Assembly (NCBI GenBank): GCA_017462545.1
Contig: JAFTQX010000027.1
Span: 30,331-94,330, forward strand
Source of the DNA: Clostridia bacterium
Lineage (GTDB): Bacteria; Bacillota; Clostridia; Oscillospirales; CAG-272
DNA length: 64,000 nt
Reading direction: 5' to 3'
Part shown: positions 56,829 to 64,000 of the stretch, in pieces
Layout: each line of letters begins with the position of its first letter
Numbering within the stretch: position 1 is the first letter of the stretch
The notes under the pieces: model-generated
What the model saw: the letters and a program-made list of their open reading frames with translations, nothing else
What the model was told of the DNA's origin: nothing
Database searches by the model: none
Made by a program: the position numbers and the translations under genes

Positions 56829-56855
56829 AAAAAAGAGGCACATGCCTCTTTTTTG
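56829..56855 (+). terminator. intrinsic terminator
   Basis: gaggc-acat-gcctc followed by tttttt. Confidence 0.75.
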
Positions 56856-56900
56856 TTTGTAAATAAAAAATCACACATATTCTTACGAATACATGTGATT

Positions 56901-56976
56901 TGGTGCTCCATCGGAGACTCGAACTCCGGACACCATGATTAAAAGTCATGTGCTCTACCATCTGAGCTAATGGGGC
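56901..56976 (-). tRNA. tRNA-Lys (anticodon UUU), CCA encoded
   Basis: The reverse complement folds as a cloverleaf. D arm gctc/gagc, anticodon stem catga/tcatg with loop cttttaa, T arm cggag-ttcgagt-ctccg. The acceptor stem has one C3:A70 mismatch. Confidence 0.85.
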
Positions 56977-57008
56977 GTATGTAGCCGATGCATTGCATCG
57001 ACTTGAAT

Positions 57009-57037
57009 ATGATACCATATTTTTTCATATTTGTCAA
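57009..57037 (-). promoter_or_regulatory. sigma-A promoter of tRNA-Lys
   Basis: On the minus strand: TTGACA (57032-57037), 17-nt spacer, TATCAT (57009-57014). Confidence 0.55.
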
Positions 57038-57061
57038 GGCATTCAGCAAATTTTTTCTGAA

Positions 57062-58345
<1,284 letters not shown>

Positions 58346-58387
58346 TCAGAATAGTGATAGTATACCCCGCGCTTACCAAATCCATAC

Positions 58388-58414
58388 AAAAAGCGATGCC
58401 GCACTCGGCATCGC
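58388..58414 (-). terminator. terminator of the metG-tatD-rSAM unit
   Basis: agcgatgccg-cact-cggcatcgct with the T-run on the minus strand. Confidence 0.8.
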
Positions 58415-58421
58415 TTTTGCG

Positions 58422-59027
58422 TCAAGAGATATATTCGCGAATCTTTAAGGTAACACCAACCGTATCACAAAGGCGGCGACATTCCTCCAGCGCCGTTTGT
58501 GAAAGAAATTGACGAACGACCGAAAACATCACGCACGGCACATAAGGCTTCACGGCCTTGGCAAAGGAAAACATCCCGTCAAAGGCTGCCAAACCATATT
58601 TTGAATGACAAATGGCATCATATTCTTCGGCAGACGGCGCATTCAGACTAATAGAAACGGTATCAAAGCACCCGGCAAAGCGAGAGGCAACATCCTCGCC
58701 ATAGATAAGAGAGGCATGACCATTAGTGTTGAGACGGATTTTCAGAGCGGGATATGTCGCGCGAATTTGACCACATACCCAAAGCATATCATCAAGGCGA
58801 CAGGTAGGCTCTCCGTAACCGCAAAACACGATCTCGCAATAGGAGGTGGGCTCTGCAGCGACAATCGCCTCCCAAACCTCTTCCTTGCTCGGTTCGCGCT
58901 CCAACCACAGGCTGTCACTACCGTAAGCGCCATCACCATTCTTGCGAATGCAAAAGTCACAGCGGTTGGTACAGCGGTTGGTCATGTTAATATACAGGCC
59001 GTTTTCTACCACATAAGTAATCGTCAT
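58422..59027 (-). CDS. TatD-associated radical SAM protein
   Basis: NMTNRCTNRCDFCIR (CX3CX2C) near the N-terminus; 201 aa. The start codon abuts the tatD stop with no gap. Confidence 0.85.
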   Translation of the reverse strand: MTITYVVENGLYINMTNRCTNRCDFCIRKNGDGAYGSDSLWLEREPSKEEVWEAIVAAEPTSYCEIVFCGYGEPTCRLDDMLWVCGQIRATYPALKIRLNTNGHASLIYGEDVASRFAGCFDTVSISLNAPSAEEYDAICHSKYGLAAFDGMFSFAKAVKPYVPCVMFSVVRQFLSQTALEECRRLCDTVGVTLKIREYIS

Positions 59028-59834
59028 TTATAGATCCCTCCCCAAGCGAAACAAACGCTTTGCGTTTTGCATGGTAAGCTCGGCAGCCGCCTCATATCCA
59101 ACACCCCAAAGCTCACCCAATTTTTCCGCAGTATGGGTCATCAACCCGGAATGGTTTAAATGCCCCCGAAAGGGGTGCGGGGCTAGATAGGGGCAATCTG
59201 TTTCGATTAAAACACGGTCGTGTGGCAGAGATGCCGCAACTGCCGCGATTTTTGTTGCATTTTTGAAGGTGATGGTTCCCGAAAAGGAGATATAAAAGCC
59301 GCGACGAATCAAGTCCTGCGCCATCTCTGCGCTACCACTATAACTGTGAAACACGCCAAACACACCGGGATGGCGGCAGATTGCATCAAAGCAATCTCCA
59401 TGCGCTTCACGATCATGAATAATCACAGGCATATCATACCGCACAGCTAACGCAAGTTGGGCATCAAGATATTCTGCCTGGAATTTTTTATCGGTTTCCG
59501 GATAATGATAATCCAGACCAATCTCACCAAGCGCTACAATCTTGTTCTCTTTTGCGTGTTGCAAAAGCGTCTCCAGCTTGGTAAGCTCCGATGCCATATC
59601 CGGATAACGCTGCGCGTCAGACGGGTGAATACCAGCAGCAGCATACATCGCAGGATACCGCTTTGCCTGTGCAATGGCAGCATGCGAGGACGGAATATCC
59701 GTCCCTACATTCACAATACCGCCAATGTCGCCCATAGCAGTCAGCGTATCCAAAAGACGGTCAACACCGCCGGGGCATTCCTCAGACGCAAAGCGCGCAT
59801 CAAAATAGTGCGCGTGTGAATCAAATAGTGCCAT
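59028..59834 (-). CDS. tatD: TatD family metal-dependent hydrolase/DNase
   Basis: LFDSHAHY, GEIGLDY, IHDREAH, FHSYSG and ETDCPYL motifs. Confidence 0.9.
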   Translation of the reverse strand: MALFDSHAHYFDARFASEECPGGVDRLLDTLTAMGDIGGIVNVGTDIPSSHAAIAQAKRYPAMYAAAGIHPSDAQRYPDMASELTKLETLLQHAKENKIVALGEIGLDYHYPETDKKFQAEYLDAQLALAVRYDMPVIIHDREAHGDCFDAICRHPGVFGVFHSYSGSAEMAQDLIRRGFYISFSGTITFKNATKIAAVAASLPHDRVLIETDCPYLAPHPFRGHLNHSGLMTHTAEKLGELWGVGYEAAAELTMQNAKRLFRLGRDL

Positions 59835-61789
59835 TAGCGAATGCGACTGCCAAGCGGCGTTTCATCATCCAGGAAGGCAACGCGAATGCGATCGCCGCCG
59901 GAAGCGAGGATCATGCCGTTGCTCTCTACACCGCACAGCTTGGCAGGAGCAAGATTGGCAACAATAATCACCTTTTTGCCGATCAATTCTTCGGGCGTGT
60001 AATCCTTGGCAATGCCGGAGACGATCTGTCTTGTTTCATAACCAAGATCCACCTCTAGGCGAAGCAGCTTTTTCGACTTCGGCAGCTTTTCGCACACCAA
60101 AACCTTAGCAGCACGCAGATCTACATGGAAGAAATCATCAATGGTGATCTCTGCGGGATGCTCGTCATCCTCGTCGTTCGCAACAGGCTCCTTCGGCTTG
60201 GCTGCCTCTTCAGCGGCCTTGCGCTCTGCCTCACGGTCTGCAAGGAACTTGGCCTCGTCAATACGGGCAAAGAGCACACAGCTCTCGCCAAGCTTCTCTC
60301 CGCTCTTAAGAGCACCAAAGGCTTCGATGGTTGCATAATCAGTCTTGTCGGTTCCGATAATTGAGAAGATCTTCTCCGCCGTGGCGGGGATAAAGGGAGT
60401 CAGCAGAACGGCCGCAGAGCGAATGACCTCCAGCAGGTTGTAAAGCACCGTACCAAGGCGTTCACGCTTGCTCTCGTCCTTGGCGAGTGCCCAAGGCATG
60501 GTTTCGTCAATATACTTATTGGCGCGACGCAGCATCGAGAAGATCTCATCCAGCGCATCTGCAATGTGGTAATCCTCCATCAAGCGACGAGATTCCGCCT
60601 TTGCCTTGGCAACAGCAGCCTTCAGCTCGCCATCTGTTCCCTCTTCTGCGCCGGGTGCGGGAATCACACCATCAAAATACTTGGTGGTCATGGCATGAGT
60701 ACGGCTGACAAGGTTGCCAAGATTGTTCGCAAGATCGGTATTGTAGCGATTGATGACATTTTCATAGGTGATGCTGCCATCAGCGGCATACGGCATCTCA
60801 GACAGGGCGTAATAACGCACACCGTCTACCGAGATCAGATCGGCAAGCTCGTCAGCATAAACCACGTTGCCGCGGGATTTGGACATCTTATCAACACCCG
60901 AATTGAACCACGGGTGACCGAATACCTTTTTTGGCAACGGCAGTCCCAATGCCATCAAGAAGATGGGCCAGTAGATGGTATGGAAACGAAGGATATCCTT
61001 ACCAATGATATGCACGTCAGCCGGCCAGTTGTGATTGAAAAGCGCAGGCTGCTCGGCATTGTCAGGATCGTAGCCCAGTGCAGTGATATAGTTGGAAAGC
61101 GCATCCACCCATACATAGATGACATGCTTTTCATCAAACGGGACAGGAATACCCCACTTGAAGGAGGTGCGGGATACGCAAAGATCCTGCAGGCCTGCCT
61201 TGAGGAAATTGTTGACCATTTCCTTCTTGCGCAGCTCCGGCTCAATAAACTCCGGGTTCTCCTCAATGTGCTTGATCAGGCGGTCAACATACTTGCTCAT
61301 ACGGAAGAAGTAGGCTTCCTCCTTGGCTCTTTGCACAGGACGACCGCAGTCGGGGCAAACGCCGTTCGTTACCTGGGTATCCGTAAAAAAGGACTCATCC
61401 GGCACACAGTACCAGCCCTCATACTCGCTCTTATAGATATCGCCCTGATCGTAGAACTTCTTGAAGATGTGCTGTACGCTCTTAACGTGCTTTTCATCCG
61501 TCGTGCGGATAAACTGATCGTAGCTGGCATTCATCAGATCCCAAATGCGGCGAACCTCACCCGAGACCTTATCTACATATGCCTGCGGCGTAATACCGGC
61601 ATCCTTGGCACAGTCTTCGATCTTTTGACCGTGCTCGTCTGTACCGGTCAGGAAATACACATCCTTCCCCATCTGGCGCTGAAAACGCGCAATCGCATCC
61701 GACATGATGATCTCATACGTATTGCCGAAGTGAGGCTTGCGTGAGCTGTACGCGATGGCGGTTGTGATATAAAACTTTTCTTTTCCCAT
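59834..61789 (-). CDS. metG: methionine--tRNA ligase with C-terminal tRNA-binding (EMAP/Trbp111-like) domain
   Basis: YITTAIAYSSRKPHFGNTYE (HIGH-like), Zn knuckle CPDCG, KMSKS, C-terminal LRAAKVL..EK....KLL.L.VD.G. GAGGAG RBS precedes ATG 61789. Confidence 0.95.
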   Translation of the reverse strand: MGKEKFYITTAIAYSSRKPHFGNTYEIIMSDAIARFQRQMGKDVYFLTGTDEHGQKIEDCAKDAGITPQAYVDKVSGEVRRIWDLMNASYDQFIRTTDEKHVKSVQHIFKKFYDQGDIYKSEYEGWYCVPDESFFTDTQVTNGVCPDCGRPVQRAKEEAYFFRMSKYVDRLIKHIEENPEFIEPELRKKEMVNNFLKAGLQDLCVSRTSFKWGIPVPFDEKHVIYVWVDALSNYITALGYDPDNAEQPALFNHNWPADVHIIGKDILRFHTIYWPIFLMALGLPLPKKVFGHPWFNSGVDKMSKSRGNVVYADELADLISVDGVRYYALSEMPYAADGSITYENVINRYNTDLANNLGNLVSRTHAMTTKYFDGVIPAPGAEEGTDGELKAAVAKAKAESRRLMEDYHIADALDEIFSMLRRANKYIDETMPWALAKDESKRERLGTVLYNLLEVIRSAAVLLTPFIPATAEKIFSIIGTDKTDYATIEAFGALKSGEKLGESCVLFARIDEAKFLADREAERKAAEEAAKPKEPVANDEDDEHPAEITIDDFFHVDLRAAKVLVCEKLPKSKKLLRLEVDLGYETRQIVSGIAKDYTPEELIGKKVIIVANLAPAKLCGVESNGMILASGGDRIRVAFLDDETPLGSRIR

Positions 61790-61960
61790 TTGCTTTATCT
61801 CCTCTGCAGTCTTTCTGCGATTATACAATTCTATTATCATATTTTAGCACAACCGACAGAAAAATTCAATACGGTTTTTCTTTTTTCACCGTTCTTTTGT
61901 GCATTCTATTGATTTTTTTGTTTTTTCATGCTATACTGAAGAAAAAAGGAGGTAGACGAT

Positions 61961-62170
61961 ATGCCAAAGAACAAGGAGCTTGCTTATGAAAAGTGCTGCT
62001 TTTATTGCGAAAACGGCAAAGTAAGCGAGGATGGTGACACCGTTTTTTGTAAGAAGAAAAAGAAAGAAGTCTCACCTGATGGCGTATGCCGCGCCTTCTT
62101 TTACGACCTACTGCGGCGCGTACCCGCATTGCCAAAATTACCGGAGGTAGAGTTGCCTACCCTAGATTAA
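61961..62170 (+). CDS. small Cys-containing hypothetical protein (69 aa, zinc-ribbon-like)
   Basis: AAGGAGG lies 7 nt before the ATG, TGcTATACT extended -10 is at 61929-61937, and a terminator follows at 62175-62206. CCxxC...C...C pattern. Confidence 0.5.
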   Translation: MPKNKELAYEKCCFYCENGKVSEDGDTVFCKKKKKEVSPDGVCRAFFYDLLRRVPALPKLPEVELPTLD

Positions 62171-62174
62171 ATAC

Positions 62175-62206
62175 AAAAAGCAGACGGTAAAAACCGTCTG
62201 CTTTTT
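62175..62206. terminator. bidirectional terminator
   Basis: aaaaa-gcagacggt-aaaa-accgtctgc-ttttt. Confidence 0.85.
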
Positions 62207-62218
62207 GTTCGCATTGGC

Positions 62219-63997
62219 TTAGCCAAGGTTTGCCTTAAGGGTTGCCAGCTGATTCTTGAGCTCTGCGGGAAGCTTGTCGCCAAACTTCTTGTAATGCTCC
62301 TCGATCTCGGCAGCCTCCTTCTTCCAGGTCTCGGCATCTACCGTGAGGATGGACTTGAGGGTATCCATATCCATATCGAGATCGGTCAAGTCGATATCCT
62401 CTGCCTTCGGTACATAGCCGATCGCCGTCTCGGTTGCGTCTGCCTTGCCCTCGCAACGATCGATGATCCAGTTCAGGACACGCATATTATCACCAAAGCC
62501 GGGCCACAGGAAGTTACCCTCGTCATCGGTGCGGAACCAGTTAACATTGAAGATCTTCGGTGCCTTATCACCCAGCTTCTTACCCATATCGAGCCAGTGC
62601 TGGAAGTAGTCACCCATGTGGTAGCCGCAGAACGGCAGCATAGCCATCGGATCACGACGAACAACACCAACAGCACCTGCAGCGGCAGCGGTGGTCTCGG
62701 AGGCCATAGCAGAGCCTACGAATACACCGTTCTCCCAGTTCTTGGACTGGTAAACCAGAGGCGTGCACTTTGCGCGACGACCGCCGAAAATGATTGCAGA
62801 GATCGGAACGCCCGCGCCCTTATCAAACTCCTCGGAGATGCAGGGGCAGTTGACTGCCGGTGCAGTGAAACGAGAGTTCGGGTGAGCGGCATAGGTGCTC
62901 TTATCAGCCTTTACGAACATCGAAGGATTCCAAGGATTGCCCTTCCAGTCGATGGCGTTCTCGGGCGGATTCTTATCAAGACCTTCCCACCAAACGGTGT
63001 TGTTGTCGGTATTCAGAGCCACGTTGGTGAAGATGGTATTCTTCTTGGTGGACTCAAGAGCGTTGAAGTTGGACTTCTCGTTGGTACCGGGGGCAACGCC
63101 GAAGAAGCCGTTCTCGGGGTTGATAGCGTAGAGACGGCCGTCAGCGCCGATGCGCATCCAAGCAATATCGTCGCCAACCGTCCAAATCTTGTAGCCCTTC
63201 TCCTGCAGATACTTCGGAGGAATGAGCATAGCCAGGTTGGTCTTACCGCAAGCAGACGGGAATGCTGCTGCCACATACTTCACCTCACCCTTCGGGTTCT
63301 GGAGACCGAGGATCAGCATGTGCTCTGCCATCCAGCCTTCCTTCCAGCCCTGGTAGGAGGCAATACGCAGCGCAAAGCACTTCTTGCCGAGCAGTACGTT
63401 ACCACCGTATGCGGAGTTTACAGAGATAATGGTATTATCTTCCGGGAACTGGCAGATATAGCGATTCTCGGGATCGATATCACAGGAAGCATGGAAACCA
63501 CGTACCCAGTCATTGGAATCGCCAAGGGTGTCCAGCACCTTCTGGCCAACGCGGGTCATGATTGCCATGTTGAGTACAACGTAGATCGAATCGGTAATCT
63601 CTAAGCCGATCTTGGCAAGAGGAGAGCCGATCGGACCCATGGAGAACGGGATGATATACATCGTTCTGCCCTGATAGGTGCCGCGCGCGATATTGTACAG
63701 CTTCTTATACATTTCGGCGGGATCATACCAGTGGTTGGTAGGACCTGCGTCCTCTTCCTTGGTGGTGCAGATGAAGGTTCTGTCCTCTACACGAGCAACG
63801 TCGTTCTGACGCGTTCTGTGCAGATAGCAGCCGGGAAGCAGCTCTTCATTCAGCTTGGTCAGCTCGCCACTCTTTACGGCGATGGCACGCAGTTCGTCCA
63901 GCTGTGCTTCGCTGCCGTCGATCCACATAACCTTGTCGGGGTTTACGAGATTCTTCATCTCTTCTACCCAGGCCAATACTTGCTTGTTGTTGGTCAT
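62219..63997 (-). CDS. pckG: phosphoenolpyruvate carboxykinase (GTP)
   Basis: 592 aa with FPSACGKTN kinase-1a loop and WMRIG, GFFGVAPGT, NWFR blocks typical of GTP-PEPCK. It is complete in the window (ATG at 63997). Confidence 0.95.
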   Translation of the reverse strand: MTNNKQVLAWVEEMKNLVNPDKVMWIDGSEAQLDELRAIAVKSGELTKLNEELLPGCYLHRTRQNDVARVEDRTFICTTKEEDAGPTNHWYDPAEMYKKLYNIARGTYQGRTMYIIPFSMGPIGSPLAKIGLEITDSIYVVLNMAIMTRVGQKVLDTLGDSNDWVRGFHASCDIDPENRYICQFPEDNTIISVNSAYGGNVLLGKKCFALRIASYQGWKEGWMAEHMLILGLQNPKGEVKYVAAAFPSACGKTNLAMLIPPKYLQEKGYKIWTVGDDIAWMRIGADGRLYAINPENGFFGVAPGTNEKSNFNALESTKKNTIFTNVALNTDNNTVWWEGLDKNPPENAIDWKGNPWNPSMFVKADKSTYAAHPNSRFTAPAVNCPCISEEFDKGAGVPISAIIFGGRRAKCTPLVYQSKNWENGVFVGSAMASETTAAAAGAVGVVRRDPMAMLPFCGYHMGDYFQHWLDMGKKLGDKAPKIFNVNWFRTDDEGNFLWPGFGDNMRVLNWIIDRCEGKADATETAIGYVPKAEDIDLTDLDMDMDTLKSILTVDAETWKKEAAEIEEHYKKFGDKLPAELKNQLATLKANLG

Positions 63998-64000
63998 TTT

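Noticed and set aside
61790-61960. T-box riboswitch upstream of metG
   Set aside because: Only about 130 nt are available before the divergent small gene's promoter, which is too short. I could find no specifier-loop, T-box (AAnnnGGTGGtACCgCG-like) or antiterminator element.
60566-63604. 392-aa and 436-aa + strand ORFs antisense to metG and pckG
   Set aside because: They are shadow frames of strongly conserved minus-strand genes, with no translation signals.

Overview
This 64 kb window looks like a chromosomal segment of a spore-forming Firmicute, probably a Clostridia-type gut anaerobe. That placement is an inference from gene content: pdaA, a sporulation-type D-Ala-D-Ala carboxypeptidase, spoVT, spoIIID, a DUF1540 gene, Prp-processed L27, a glycyl-radical enzyme and GTP-PEPCK. 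I call about 62 protein genes, 1 pseudogene, 2 tRNAs (Ser-GGA, Lys-UUU), a probable rplU leader, several sigma-A-type promoters and many intrinsic terminators. Most of the window is housekeeping: pgi, folD, rplU-prp-rpmA, galE, prfA-tsaC, coaE, ackA, eno, metG, rplS-lepB-ylqF-rnhB, uppP and pckG. It also carries a sugar ABC importer and a four-gene cytoplasmic glycan-trimming operon (GH20, GH20, GH38, GH95). I saw no rRNA, CRISPR array, IS element, integrase or prophage. The best candidate for something undescribed is an AT-rich three-gene unit at about 7.3-11.3 kb (iclR, a 704-aa glycyl-radical enzyme, and its activase). This enzyme keeps the thiyl Cys and the radical Gly at the canonical spacing. 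However, it lacks the Cys+2 Glu of the characterised eliminases I recall, has an R-K-G-G-F glycyl loop, and is short at the N-terminus. Secondary items are listed below.
- A 22-Cys protein whose RBS abuts a terminator.
- A hairpin that contains the spoVT Shine-Dalgarno sequence.
- A nonsense-interrupted XRE pseudogene next to a perfect 13-bp palindrome.
- A translationally coupled metG-tatD-radical SAM unit.
- An FkbM methyltransferase-U32-uppP operon.
- An orphan ParC-like subunit.
- A tRNA-Lys with a C3:A70 mismatch.
All coordinates, motifs and hairpins were derived by hand from the sequence. No database search, HMM or folding program was run.
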